A stretch of 64,000 bases of DNA, taken from Balanoglossus misakiensis. Its lineage: Eukaryota; Animalia; Hemichordata. The notes below the pieces were generated by a model. It was not told the origin of the DNA. It searched no databases and worked only from the letters and a program-made list of their open reading frames with translations. The stretch spans positions 6,597,849 to 6,661,848 of the forward strand of contig CM082597.2 of the NCBI GenBank assembly GCA_040954595.2, in the 5' to 3' direction. The position numbers were made by a program, and so were the translations under genes. Shown one piece after another: positions 1 through 13,999 of the stretch (the stretch's first letter is position 1; every line of letters starts with the position of its first letter).

Positions 1-262
1 TGATCTTTCCTGTATGAATTATCAGATGCTGTGTAAGTGCACAGGCTGTAGACAAAGCACACACCAATGAATGAATCAATCGAATTTTACACAATACCAG
101 TATATTGATCATAAAAATGACAAAATAAAAACAATTTTAATACCGCAAAACAGAAGAATTCTATATAATTTGAACACCCAGATAATGGTATTCCATTTCA
201 TCATGTCTTCAACCAGAGTGACATAGCGCTGTATAAAATGTCTTCTTTGTCTCTTTGTTTAG

Positions 263-3200
263 ACTGTCAGGTAATTGATGGTACAACGTATCACCATGGT
301 GACATGTGGACTCTTCAAGATGATCCCTGTACAACTTGTATATGTGATGTAAGTTGCTTTGATGTGTGGATTTAAAGGGACAAAGTCTCTCTCTCGCTGC
401 CCATTTCCAATTAATTATGTTTGATGGCAGGTGTATGTGATTGAACGTTGATTCACTATATACCCACATGTAGAATAACATAAACGGTGTCTTGTATCAA
501 ACATAATTAATGGAAAATGGGGAAGAAGAGAGACTTTGTCCCTTTAATGAAGAATATATCTTGTATTAGAGCACTTTTGGCTTTGATTGTTATAAGCACA
601 TGCAGAGCACTTTTGGCTTTGAGGGTGATAAGCACATGCAGTGTGTTCATGCCAAGACTTTTCTGTGCAGCAACACAGTGTACAGTGTCACATTCTGCTG
701 TTCTGATGAGCTTTCATGTTTTGTGGATCTTTGCTTCTTGTCATATATCTCAGTAATTAGATTTGTAGATCTGTACTTTTGGCTATTTATTTAATTATTT
801 TTAATCTGTGTATCAATTATGTTATCTTGTGTAGCTAGTGTAGTTTACATACTGTAAAACACTTTATTTTTGCGAGCAATACATTTTCGCGACATACGCG
901 AGAGCCAAAATAACGTGAAAATAAAAAGTAGCATAAATATGTTTTGAAGATAACAATGCAGTGAATATAAATAAGAGAACGTGAAAATTAATACTCGCAA
1001 AACAGTGGCAGCTTTCAATATCGCGAAAATTTCAACTCGCGAAAATAAAGTGTTTCACAGTACTTCTCTTGTTTGTAACTTGGACGTTTTTGTTTTTTGT
1101 GTTGACAGGACCAAGACATCTCCTGTACAACTGTCACATGTCCAGCACCATGTGAGAACCCAGTGCGAGTTCCAAACCAGTGTTGTCAAGCATGTATTGG
1201 TTGTGAATTCAGAGGTGTCACTTATAAGGAAGGTGCTATTTTTAAACCAGATGACGACCAATGTTTGGAATGCCAGTGTTCGGTAAGATGGACATCTTAA
1301 TGTTCGAATTCTTGTCTTATTCTGCAATTACAACCAACATGTGTATACAATATTTATAATGACAACTTTAATTTGTGTTGTCAAGGAAACAGAGCATTAA
1401 ACTACAGATGAAACAACAACTAATTTATATTCAACAAATGACAATTTTTGTTCCATTAACCATAGACAGGAGATTCATCCTGAACAAAAATGATATAAAG
1501 ATGTAAAATAATTGTATCAGTTATTGGACTTCTTGTGAGCTTTTTACACTGTTCTACGATCAAAGCACTGAAAAAAAAACAGGTTAAAATCTCATTCTGG
1601 TGTGTTTTCATAAGAATTATTTAAGGATAGCAAAGTGTGTACCACAACAACAAAAACAGTTCAGAAATGCATGGCAGTGATCTTAATTGGGCAGCCAGGC
1701 CGTGCATGATACATAAAAAATGCATGGATGTGAGGGCTCTCTTTCGCATGAAGTTAAATGGGAACATGATGCCAGTGTATGATAATTCTCCCTACCTTAA
1801 ATAGGTTTTAAGCTACCTAAGTGAGTGATGAAAGTCTCATATGGTCGACACAATTTCAAGATGGCCGATTTTTGCCATGTAAAAGAATGGGAGTTCATAA
1901 GCTCAAGTGATGATAGGTCACTCTGAAACTTTTTAACAGAAAAAATAACAAAATGTGAAAAAAGTTTAATGAGTTTAATGTGGTAACTACAAAGACAGAC
2001 ATGTTTGACCAAAGGAAGTCATGAAATACAGTAAACATATCATTTCTTCTATCTCTTACTACAGTGGGTTGTCGACTTTTCGCCCAGAATGCAATGTGTT
2101 TTGACCCCCTAGCGCAAAGTGAAAACCTATTTAAGGCGGCCAGAATTGAGCATATACACAGATTGAATCATATAACTTGTGGTTACAGGAAGGAATATTG
2201 CTGTGTCTACCAATTCTCTGTCCAACACTGAATTGTCCTCCAGAGAGAGTCACAGTAGAACACTCTGCATGTTGCCCAGCATGTACAGGTCAGTGTTTTT
2301 TAAACAATTCTTTTCTGACAATATTGACAAAGTTTATGCACTTGTTGAAGAGACAGAAATTTAAAAATGAAATTCATTCCTGAAAGTCCCGGAATATTGT
2401 TGATGTTTTTGACACAAGATCTGCATAATCACTCTCAGGAAATGTCAGTTTTGGCTTCAAAAGTCACAGAAAACTAATGAAAAACAATCAGAAAATTGAA
2501 TTTTTGGACTGAAAGCCCTGAAAAACTATTGAAAAAAAAACTGGAAATGAACCATGAGATAAATGGTCTGAATGTTGTACACTCTGATTGGCTTTGAGAC
2601 TCGTGACCTCTCACCAATCATGCTCACTTGTGAATATGTGTGTCGTATAATGTTTTCTTTATCCTATATAGGAGAGCCTTTGGAAAGAGTTTGTGAGAGT
2701 AATACAACAGGCATTGTATATCAGAATGGCACAGAATTTAAACTCAATCCTTGTACATCATGTATGTGTATGGTAAGTGAATAACCCAGATGCAAGTTTT
2801 ACATGTATTTTAACCTTTCACCCCATTTCCCTCTTTGGAAGTCCAACTTTACCATAGAAATCAATGGATTTGGACTAAATTATGGTGGTGGAAGGGTTGA
2901 AGTTAGGCTGCATTCACAAACACCTCTGGAGGGGGGGGGGGGGGCGGGAGAATTCAATTTTTTTTACCGCTAATTTTCACATGCCCCCCTACACAGTCCG
3001 AAATATTTTCAAATCCCCCCCTTCCGAACGGCCAAAATTTTTAAATCCCCCCCCCCCCATTTTCTTTCACAGAGCAAAACACATCACCTATCTATCTTGT
3101 AAAAAAGAAAAACAGCGCTCCCATGAAAAGAATTTGATACTGATGTTTCCCCTCATCAGTGGGTATAAAAACTGAACATTGTTTTTATTTTGTAAGTATT

Positions 3201-4157
3201 TGTATTCTGTGTTGGGAGACATTGTAAACCGAGAATTGAAGGGGGTGGGTTTGGGAGGGGGTGTCCCCCTCCGACGTAAGAAAATTTTATGAAATACAGA
3301 GCTCAAACCTGCATTTTAATGAACCCGGCAAAAGCTAATTAACGCAACTACCGGTATGTTGGGGAGGACAAATTTAACCATCGCCGCTCAAAGTTATCAT
3401 GGTGTAGGGGCAAGTCCCCTGACCTGGGACACTAGATAAACCAGTCAATGATTGAAAGGTGTTGATGAATGGAGGGGGTGGGTGTGGGGGTGTCCCCCTC
3501 CTACATTAGAAAATTTTGTAAAATAAAGGGCGCGAAACTGCATTTTTGTGGACTCAAAATAGATATTTAGTCATCAAAGTTTTCAAGTCCCCCCCTTTCA
3601 GTCCCTAAATTATTTCAGATCCCCCCCTTACATACCCTCAATTTTTTCAAATCCCCCCCCTCAATTCTCCTGCCCCCCCCCCCCTCCAGAGGTGTTTGTG
3701 AATGCAGCCTTAGATCTCCCTGCAGTTAGACATCCACAAAACTGTTGCAAAGATAATAAAATACTTTGATTTAAAAAAGTGTCAATCGAAATCAAAAGTG
3801 GTGAATTGGAAAAACGGTCCAGCATTCATTGTTCAATTTTTACTGATGTTGATAAATATGTTTTTGTGTGAATTTTAACAAGTGTATGATCAATTGGTAA
3901 CCATATGAGTTGTTGTCTTATTGTCTGTGTGTGTATTTTCTGTCAGGATGGTCATGTTTCATGTGATGTCAAATTGTGTCCTGAGTTAGAATGTAACGAA
4001 GATAGAATCCTACGTGATGCAGGTGAATGCTGTCCACGCTGTGCAAGTAAGTTTTTAGGTCCCATTTGGTTAATATGTATATATATACCAGTGGGACCTT
4101 ATGGGATCGGTTGCGTCTGTCTGTCTGTCTGTCTGTCTGTCTGTATATATGTATGTA

Positions 4158-4188
<31 letters not shown>

Positions 4189-7100
4189 ATGTATGTATGT
4201 ATGTATGTATGTATGTATGTATGTATGTATGTATGTATGTATGTATGTATGTATGTATTTATGTATGTTTTATGTATGTCATTTTATGTATGCAATATGT
4301 TTCAGTGTTAACTTTTTACAACACTAAAAGATTCAATATAAGTGAGCATATGTATTCCTTTATACAATTTATTGCTCACAGTGACAATTGTTAATGGCCA
4401 ACGATGGTCTTCTGCACATGTGCGCAATTTAATGTGTATAAACATTACATCCAATCCAAGTATTCTGCAAAGTTTGCGTTCAATACATTCAAATAGTGGA
4501 CTGCCTTCGCTTCCTTCCATATTTTATGTGCACCCAAGCTTTAGTTTTGTCCCTTCTCTGCGCCAAATTTGCTGTTTTTTCCCAATAAGTCACAGATTAT
4601 GGTGGCCGCCATCTTGTCTGTTGTCAGGACAGCACACTGTCTTATGGCAATGACTGTATACACTTTTTGTAACCAGAGTCTCTGGTTTGGCACACGAGCA
4701 TAAGATGATCACTGCACTTTAAAGCGCCTAGCTCGTCTCACACGCATGTTCCAGCTGTAGCCGCTGGTTACAGACATTTAGTGAACAGTCAATCCCATAT
4801 CAAAGGCAGTGCTCTGTCCTAACAACAGACAAGATGGCGGCGACCATAATCTGTGTCGGAGATCGGGAAAAGACACCAGCTTGGGTGAAAAGGAGGGACA
4901 AAACCAGAATCTACTTATACGGTGCGCATGAAATATGGAAGGAAGCGAAGGCAGTCCACTATTTGAATGCATCGAATGGGAAATTTGCTGGGAAGTTACG
5001 CGCAGGAGACGATCTATTGCCTTTAAGAGAGTACTAGTATTCAGAACGTTTCAGAAGTCAGTGACTTTCCACTTCCTCTAGATAATACCACCAGTTGTCA
5101 TGTTCTATTTACAGGTCCTTTGGAATGTAGCTTTGAGAATCAGATTTACAAAACTGGTGAACAGTTTGTTCCATTGGCTGATCCTTGCAGCCTTTGCACA
5201 TGTCTGGTAAGTTTCTGATCTAACACTTCGTCTTCTGTAGACTCTATAGCAGTCGCTGTACCTGTCGATAAGAATGGAACTTTCATCATACTGCGTACGA
5301 CGCGTCGCCAGGCAAAGCGACTGTACATTTCTGTACACATTTGATATGAATATTCATGAGCAGCGTTAATTTGGATATAAAACATCTAGAAGCGCACACA
5401 AGCTCGTGATAACGTCCAAAAATGCGTATTCTATACGTGGTATGTACGCGTATAGAACATCATGTTGACACGACGCTAGTTTGATTGACAGACATATAAA
5501 GTTAGAATGTTCTCAGCTACTTACCAAAATCTGGTAATACCACTTGAGGGCGTTTACAGAATCGGCAAGACTGTGTGATTAGCGTCGCGTTCACAGGACG
5601 TTCTATACGTAACACGGACGCGCATTTCAGTAGTTGACAGTCCTCTGGTGAAGCTCTTTTGTTTGTTGTGTGCAGTTTATTATTATAACCGTGTTCCGAA
5701 CTACTGTAAAACACTTTATTTTTGCGAGTTGAAATTTTCGCGATATCGAGAGAGGCCACTGTTTGCTAGTATTAATTTTCGCGTTCTCTTATTTCATTCA
5801 CTGCATCTTCAAAAAAATTTATGCGACTTTTTATTTTCACGCTATTTTGGTTCTCGCGCATTTCGCGAAAAATTTATTGCTCACGAAAATAACATGTTTT
5901 ACAGTAATTTCGGAATTCCACATTTCAAAAATTATACTTTCTCTTTTTGAAAACATCAAGGTGATGGAAACACTTATGTCTGTTGAAGAAAACCTAAGAT
6001 TAAAAAGAAATTCTAAAATTGGTTCAGTACCTGCAAGCAAACACTTTGAATGGCACATTTTCTCTATCAAAGTGTGATGCAACATTTTCACATAACTTGT
6101 ATAACTCGTTGAATAATGTTGCTATTTTTCCGGTACATTCACTGTATGGATTGTTGAAAATATTTCATCCTCTCCATCGACCTGTTTTATGTCATACAAT
6201 GTTTTCTGAATTTCTGTTAAGGATGGAGAGGTCACCTGTGAAAGACCCAATTGTGAACAAATCAACTGTGATCTAGAAAACCAGATTTTACCAGATGGCA
6301 GCTGCTGTCCAAGATGTACTGTGGAATCTTATTGTATGTACAAAGGCAGGAGATATCAGGTAACAATTTAATTTCTAAGATATATGATAAATTTTCTGAA
6401 AAAATGGATTCTGGTGAGACTTCACAATGCAAGATGAGCTGTGCCAGGTGTTAACTCATCAGCAATTTGTGCCAATCTTTGCACCAAGTGGCATACACCT
6501 CTTTTTATTTGTTTGGTACGCATTATCATGCAAGTAATCTGCAAAAAACCAAGTGGAAATACGGGAGAAGTAAAGAGAATGGACATAAGTGTAGCACAGC
6601 AAATGTATAATGAAATGTAAATTAACACTAACGCTGCCAAGTCAGTTGAAAGGTGCCTAGAATCCTGGCTCCTGGGCCTGTTAGGCTGCCAATTGTGTGT
6701 TAATCAGTAGGGCCTATACAAGACCCTAAGACCAATACAGTGCAAACCAGTGCTATTTGGTACATTTTCTGGGGGGGGGGGGTTCAGACTTCCAAGTGTG
6801 TCTAAGTACGTATGAGAGCCATGTCAAGACAGTCAAAATATGTTATAGAAGATAAAATGGCAAATACGTATTTTATTTAAGGGACTTGAGACTCTGAACA
6901 GGTATGACACCCAGTAGCATTAGGGTTAATTATGACAGACCAATTATACACACACGATCTGCATACCGGGTTTCCAGCAAAATTTGAACTTTCACTTTTC
7001 AGTCAGGTGAAACTTGGCATGTGGGGTGCGACATCTGTGATTGCTTCAATGGTAAAGAGAGCTGCGTTCAAGAAGTCTGTCAACCTTTGACTTGCTCAGC

Positions 7101-10100
7101 GGTAAGTTTATCAGTCATGAATTCAATAGTGTATGGTCAGACTACAGTTTTGCTTTGTTTTACTTTATGGGCCTGAGAACACTAGTTTAAAGCTCCAGTA
7201 ACTCTAACTTTGTGCTGTTTTCTGGATTTGTTGTTTTGGGTATGAACTGAGTTTCTTGGCCTACTTCATAAAAGATATTAAAGAATTTCTCATTATTTGG
7301 TTTTTCAAGATAGCCCTTAATAGACAGGTTTCTCTTTATTATAAATTTGAAGACACTATGTTATAGATGTGTTATTGTGTGTCTTCTCAGTGGATATACA
7401 ATTTGTATTTATTGTGGTAATAATTCATTTGTTGTTTATATTTCCAGGAAGAAGAGATCGGCCATATTGATGGTGAATGCTGCCAGAAATGTGTTCCAAG
7501 TGAGTCTAATTATCAATATATTATGAGGTTATTAAAAACTGACAGCCAAGTTTACACGAAAACATAGTGCAGGCTGATGTGAGTCACTTATGTCTGGGTG
7601 CATACTATACCATATTTAGACATAATGTGATCATAATGTGTCATAAACCCAGGAAATGTTACCAAAGTCGATAAAACTAGATTTCAAAGGGGAGCAACAG
7701 TCTAAGGATTTGGACTTGTTTACAAAATGCAAGAGATATAAGAAATTGTTATGTGAAACAACGCCAGCCAGATTGCCTTTGGAAGTCCTTCAAACCATCA
7801 AATGTGAGCAATTAGAAAGAGTAGCCAAATAGAGACACAGAATGTGATTCTGGGACCTCAAAACTGTCCAGAATGTGTTACGTAAATAATAAGCATTCTT
7901 TGAATATCATTTGTTTACAAATTTTTGGTAACATTTGACGTCTGTTGTTACAATGCTGCGATCATAGCAACATTCTTCGGTAGACACTCTCAAAGGTATA
8001 CAGTCACCTATGGAAAATCAGCAATAGTTACCATGGCAAATTGAGGACTAGCTACCAATCACAGATTTTCAGTGGGTGGCACACGCGTAAAAAAGAGTGC
8101 CACCATGTGTTCTATAGAACGCTGAAATACGCCATTTCAGCCATATATGGGCGTATGCCTTTAAGTCTTTCTGCATTCCGTCTTTTTACAGAATCTGCCT
8201 CGTGTATTGTATTTGGAGATCCTCATTACCGGACATATGATGGGAAATTCTTCTCCTTCCAAGGAACATGTACCTATGTCTTATCACAAGATTGTTATCA
8301 GAATAACTTTAAGATTATAGTTCAGAATGATGGCAAGAGTACCTATGCTGTTGCCTGGACACAAGTCATTCAGATCAGACTAGTTGATTGGGTGATCAAC
8401 CTAATGCCAGATTTGACAGTAAGTGTCAATGGAGGCCTGGTAGAATTACCTTACTTGCAGGAACCAGACCTAAGTATACAAAAAATAGGTAAGTCAATCA
8501 AATTTTAGGTCGAACTTAACCCTTTTCATACCTAGATATGTCTGCATTGTTTAGCCAACTTAAAACATGTAACCACATTCAAAGGGCTGACATATACTAG
8601 GTTCATACAGGGAAAAAATTGAGACACTATTTGCCTATGGTAAACGCAGAGCATTAATCCTTAGAGTTGCTTGTGTCCACACACACAAAGTTTATGTATA
8701 GGCGCTGAGGCTCGGCCCCATAGACGATGGGTTGCGGAGAGGTGTTAATCCTTACACCAGCTCAGGTCTGGCCGGCAAAGCCGTCTCAGATCTGAGACGT
8801 TTCAGAACCACTTGCACCGTCCACACGTGTTTTTTTAAGACGGTATCTGATCTGAGACGCTTCAGAACTGTCTTAATGGTGTGTGTGTGTGTGTGACCCC
8901 CATAATAAACTGACCAATGTGAACCCCATTAAAGTTTGCTATGATAATCACTGATTATTGATAACACACCTAGTGACATTGACATTGTCAATCTGATGAA
9001 AGTTAATTGTAGAGATACGCAACACTTTTTCCTTTACTTGGTCTTTGCTTTTCGTGTTCTTCTGTCTCCCTACATCTGATGAACTCATAATCTTTTCAAA
9101 TTTTAATGCCTCTAGAGCTGTCACTTTTTGCATTAATTTCATGACTTTATTTCCCAAAGTGAAATTGTTCCATCTAAATAAGCTTACTGATAGGTATACA
9201 TGAACACCTTATCGATGTCTGATTGTGACTGCATGTTGCAATTTGAACATGTTATTAAAACGGTGCCACACCGATTTAATAAGCCTCCATAGAAACAGTA
9301 CGCAGCTGTCGTTGTATGCATTGCAAAGAGATGCCAAACTGATGCAAATGCAAGTCATATGGCGTAACGGTAAAGATTTTAGAGGATAGGGAACATATTT
9401 GAAGTATTTTATTGAGGAAAAAATACGTGAAATTTGGCAGCTATAGGGGCTTTAATAGACATATAACCTGATTTGTATCAACAACCTTGTTTTCCATTAT
9501 CACATGACAGGGTTGATGGTGGTTGTGCATACAAGTATTGGTATTCGCGTGTCGTGGGATGGCTCCCATTTTGGAGAGGTCACTGCAGATGGTACATACA
9601 AAGGGAGACTCTGTGGTCTGTGTGGCAACTTCAATGATAATCCTGGTGATGATTTCATGTAAGTCATTTGGTTGTACAATGTGAGAGTCTGTCTTCAATA
9701 TACGCATCAGGGTTTTAGAGTAAAAACAGTGTATTAGTAATACTACTGTAAAACACTTTATTTTCGCGAGCAATGAATTTTCGCGAAACAAGCGAGAACC
9801 AAAATAGCGTGAAAATCAAAAGTTGCATATTTTTTTGAAGATAACGATGCAGTGAGTAAAATAAGAGAACGCGAAAATTAATACTCGCTAAACAGTGGCC
9901 TCTCTCGATATCGCGAAAAGTGTTTTACAGTATTACCTAAAAAAATGTTAATGAACATTGCTTGATGTTCAACAGATATTTTTATCTTATGTGTTGAACA
10001 TCAAGCAATTTACAATTATGATTAGTGTAATAAGATCAACAGATACAGGTTTGTCGGAGGTGTGTATGTTTAAATAACCAAACGCAAATACTCTGAAAAA

Positions 10101-11966
10101 TACCAATACCACAAATAATGTAGGTTTTAATGCAACCAATTTCAGGGATGTCAATGGAACTGTTCACCGATCAGCTTCTGCATTTGGAAATTCCTGGTTG
10201 GCCAAAACTCCAATTCCGTGCAGTTGTAGGGACGGAGAAGAAATTGACACCTGTGGAAAAGCCGGAATGTTGATTAGAATCAATGCCAGACAACAGTGTA
10301 ATATTCTAAAGGTAGGAAGAAATTAGCATATTAACAATTGCTAACGCTTTCCAAACTAAATTCGGACTTCCACAATCAAAAAATACACATCCCTAATTGT
10401 AAAGGAATGAATTAGAGCTTTACAAATGTGACATAAGATTAATGTTAATAACTGTTAATTTGTGCTACACCTTTCCAAAAGTGTTTGTGATCGTATAAAT
10501 ATCAGCTGAATTTTGGGGGAAAACACAAATATGTGAAAAATTCGCCCATTTTTTACTTTATTATGATTTTAATCAGATTGTCCAGATTGAACATTTTTAC
10601 TAACAGTTGTTGCACAAAGATGTGTGTGATGTTTATCCAAATATTCTGTAAATTGTCAATTTTACATACATTTCTTTGCAAGTAGCTTTGTTACATTGAT
10701 AGTAACTTTGTCTTTTCTTATAAAAAAATCATATATGGATAGATAGATTAAAGGTATACAGTCACCTCCAATTTACATACGCCTATATATGGCTGAAATG
10801 GCATATTTGAGAACATATGGTGGCGTTCTTTTTTTCGTGTGTGCCACCAACTGAAAATTTGTGATTGGCTAATTCTCAATTTACCATGGTAACTATTGCT
10901 AACTTTCCATAGGTGACCGTATACCTTTAAACAGTTTCTCATTGTAAATGATCTGTTGTTATTTTTGTTTGGTTTTACACAGGGACCATTATTTCGGCCA
11001 GCCCACAGTGTAGTAAACCCAGCTCCGTTCTATGAATCGTGTTTGTCTGATATGTGTGCATGTCCTGTGCATGAAAAGTGTCTATGTGATGTATTGTTTG
11101 CCTATGCCTATGAAGCCAGGAGGAAGGGGATTGTGCTGGACTGGAGAAAATCGTCCTGTGGTGAGTACAAATCAATATTACGATCACTTATTTGCCAAAT
11201 GTTTAAACCCTCTCACCCCTGTATCCCTGTATTGAGGTCCATCTTTGTCACAGGAAACAGTGGCTTTGGATCAAACCATGTGGTGAAAGGGTTAAAGGTG
11301 CACATTCATGGCGGAGAGCACATTGTTGTAATGAAGTTTGAAAACAATAATTTGTCAACAATGCAAGGTACAGAAGTGGTGTGAAATATACCCTTAAGTG
11401 GTAAAAAGTGTGTATAGCTAAAATCTCTGATTGGCCATGTCTCAACTTTCCATGGTAACTGTGGCTAAATTTGCATACATTGTATACTTTTTAACTTCTG
11501 TAAAACACTTTATTTTCGCGAGCAATAAATTTACGCGAAATACGCGAGAGCCAAAATAGCGTGAAAATAAAAAGTCGCATAAATTGTTTTGAAGATAACA
11601 ATGCAGTGAATGAAATAAGAGAACGCGAAAATTAATACTCGCGAAAAAGTGGCCTCTCTCGATATCGCGAAAATTTCGACTCGCGAAAATAAAGTGTTTT
11701 ACAGTACTTCAGTACGCTAGGTGGATATTGGTTATGGATTGAAGAAATCTTTCATTTTTTTGTTTTCAGCGGTGAATTGTCCGAAAGGAGCAGTGTATAG
11801 TGAATGTACACCAGCCTGTATGGAGACCTGCGATACTGTCAATAGTTTGACGAGAAGTGAATGTATTCAAGACGATTGCGTTCCTGGTTGTATGTGTGCT
11901 GCGGGAACTGTACTCTATAATCTACAGTGTATTCCACCATCACAGTGTCCCAACTTCAGGAAATGA
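263..11966 (+). CDS. BMPER: BMP-binding endothelial regulator / crossveinless-2 type protein (5 VWC - VWD - C8 - TIL), 5' end outside window
   Basis: The GT-AG exons join in frame: 263-348, 1109-1282, 2189-2288, 2672-2772, 3947-4046, 5115-5206, 6222-6359, 7003-7101, 7448-7499, 8192-8488, 9511-9658, 10146-10311, 10983-11160, 11770-11966 (TGA). They encode five VWC repeats (CxxCxC...CCxxC), a VWD starting CIVFGDPHYRTYDG and containing LCGLCGNFN, a C8 (FYESCLSDMCAC) and a terminal TIL (CPKGAVYSECTPAC). Kielin/KCP cannot be excluded if more VWCs lie upstream. Confidence 0.85.
376..543. mobile_element. Non-autonomous TIR element, TTAA TSD, AGGGACAAAGTC ends (Kolobok-like family B), internally deleted copy
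   Basis: TTAA|AGGGACAAAGTCTCTCT...AGAGAGACTTTGTCCCT|TTAA; longer copies at 12139-12463 and 48084-48414. Confidence 0.75.
852..1060. mobile_element. ~205-bp MITE with CTGTAAAACACTTTATTTT TIRs and TA flanks (family A)
   Basis: TA|CTGTAAAACAC...GTGTTTCACAG|TA; further copies at 5704-5904, 9746-9930 and 11498-11704. Confidence 0.8.
2906..3709. mobile_element. PIF/Harbinger-like MITE (TTA TSD)
   Basis: TTA|GGCTGCATTCACAAACACCTCTGGAGGGGG...CCCCCTCCAGAGGTGTTTGTGAATGCAGCC|TTA. Confidence 0.8.
4116..4268 (+). repeat. Compound (TCTG)n/(TATG)n microsatellite
   Basis: directly visible tetranucleotide repeats. Confidence 0.95.
4391..5025. mobile_element. Degenerate foldback element with long TIRs, TTAA-flanked
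   Basis: ~4470-4650 is an inverted repeat of ~4795-4985 (CATTCAAATAGTGGACTGCCTTCGCTTCCTTCCAT versus its reverse complement); TTAA at both ends. Confidence 0.65.
5704..5904. mobile_element. MITE family A copy (opposite orientation)
   Basis: TA|CTGTAAAACACTTTATTTTTGCGAG...CATGTTTTACAG|TA. Confidence 0.8.
8192..8488 (+). CDS. BMPER: BMPER exon: start of VWD domain with GDPH autocleavage motif
   Basis: tttttacag acceptor, SASCIVFGDPHYRTYDGKFFSFQGTCTYVL, gtaagt donor. Confidence 0.9.
9103..9455. mobile_element. TTAA-flanked non-autonomous element (family E)
   Basis: Similar copy at 49688-50050; ends CCTAGAGCTG(C/T)CAC... / ...TGGCAGCTATAGGGGCT|TTAA. Confidence 0.7.
9746..9930. mobile_element. 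MITE family A copy
   Basis: same TIRs and TA flanks as 852-1060. Confidence 0.8.
10752..10926. mobile_element. ~175-bp Kolobok-like MITE, TTAA TSD, AGGTATAC(A/G)GTCACC TIRs (family C)
   Basis: TTAA|AGGTATACAGTCACC...GGTGACCGTATACCT|TTAA; other copies at ~7993-8160, ~27559-27744, 33712-33885, ~35846-36029 and ~36334-36519. Confidence 0.8.
11498..11704. mobile_element. MITE family A copy
   Basis: same TIRs as 852-1060. Confidence 0.8.
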
Positions 11967-12004
11967 TCTTCCTTTGAGTCTTTGATGAATGACACAATCA
12001 TTAA

Positions 12005-12644
12005 GGTAGTATTTGCCTCGTGGACAGTTTTCAGAAAAAGAATGAAAGTCCTCTAAATCTTTCAAGTGTGTGAGGAATCATTTTGAAAGCAACAAAAGAA
12101 ATGAAAAGCTCTACTTTATATTTTCTCAGTTTAGTTAAAGGGACAAAGTCACTCTCACGCTGGCCTTTTTTTTTGATTAATTATATTTGATACAAGACAC
12201 TGTTTATATTATTCTACATGTGGATATATAGTGAATCAACATTCAACGACACACAACTTCTGTTCCGTTTGTAGAATATGAGAGTAAAAATCTCACCAAA
12301 ATGAATAAATGGTAAACACCGAATGTTCATTTTGGCAAGTTTTTTACTCTCGTGTCTACAAGTTGGATGGATGTTGTGTGTGGTCGAACGTTGATTCAAA
12401 CGGTGTCTTGTATCAAACATAATTAACGGAAAAGGGGCAGCGAGAGAGAGAGACTTTGTCCCTTTAACACAGGTCAGTGGGCATTTTGTATTTCAAATTT
12501 GTGTAATTTGAACCAATTTCGCTCTCTCATTCAAAATTTTGCACAGTGATCTTTATTCTCAATTTTAAGAGAAAATAATCCAAAGTTGCATTCACAACAT
12601 CCGAAAAAGTTTTAAGACTTTGATTTTTTGAGGTGCCTACTACC
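12005..12644. mobile_element. TTAA-flanked element (GGTAG...CTACC) carrying a nested family B copy (12139-12463), just downstream of the BMPER stop
   Basis: TTAA|GGTAGTATTTGCCTC...GAGGTGCCTACTACC|TTAA with an internal TTAA|AGGGACAAAG...CTTTGTCCCT|TTAA. Confidence 0.7.
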
Positions 12645-13999
12645 TTAATACACGTAGCTGTATCAGTTTATGCAGTTTGTGGTATATATACCAACAAAAT
12701 GCCCGACTCTGTCCAGAAACTGTTTATAGTTAATTTATAGTGAATTACAAAAACACACATTGATCGGACATAGTCGGTTAGTGGTTAAATTGGACCTTCT
12801 AGGATTTTAATGCCATTTTATAATTATGGTAATCACATTCAGAGGCATGTTATATGCGAATGTCATTCATAGTGTTTTTGAATGCAAAATCAAAACCCTG
12901 ATTGGCCTGTCTTGATCAAGTTAATTGATTGCCCCCCCCCCCCCCCCCTCCCCTACTGAAAGGCTCTCTGGTTCATATTCTAAATTTTCAGGAGTAACTT
13001 TATATGCCAACTTGATGTATACCTGTGATATGGAATGGTTTTTGAGTTCTGGACAATGTCAGACATGATTTGTGTCAAACGGAATGCAGCTACTGGGCCT
13101 TTACGGATCAATTTTCAATTATACTCTCATAATGGTGCTAATACCCTGGGATATGTTAGATATTAAAATGTTAGATATTGCCTTCCAGTATTTCGAAGCA
13201 TCCAAGTGTCCAATAAAAATGCTCTCAATATAAAATCACCCAAAACAGTGTGACCAACCATGTGGGAAGATGAACACTACACTCGATAGTTGCTGAAAAT
13301 TGATGGTAGCCAATTTATCAATATTGATAGAAATATCCAATTGACCAATTTGGATCTTTACGGTAAAAACAAATGAAGTAGGAGTCACTTTTATAAATCA
13401 TTATTTCTTATTAACTACAGTTTGCCTTAAACAAATTCTTCTCTTAAAGCTTGTTGGCTGTCAAGAAAAAAATTGTATAAAAATATTATATCACTGGTAT
13501 TCTAACCAATGTATTTGTATTCAAATACACACAAGTATTCTAAAAGTCTAGTATTTTATATCGTGTATGAATAGCAGTATTTTATATATCTTATGAGAAT
13601 ATATCTGATGAGTTTTGTTAGAAAGTCTTTCAATGTATAGTTCTGTATTACTACCCTTGTATTTAACATCAAATACCACAATTCCTTTCTTGCTAGTTAG
13701 AGTCTAATATTTACTGTATAAGATGTATAATTTTTTATGAAAAGGTTTTCGTAGTTTTTGTCATATTAACCATTGTATAAACTATCTGAGTTTTGTGTTC
13801 AGCTTTTATACCTGTCATGTACACAAACATTCTTATATTTTTATCATTTTCAGCGTAATTTTAGTTGTTTTATGTTTTCACCCCAAACGTGAGAATGTGT
13901 TTTACTGTTGATTTCCAACATTTTGACATGACGGAATACAAAACATACATGGACTGAGCTTACTGATTATTACAGGCAATCCTTGTTTATGCATATTAA

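Noticed and set aside
4066-4394. MYVC-repeat ORFs (also 28158-28502 and 62250-62715)
   Set aside because: Translations of tetranucleotide/dinucleotide microsatellites.
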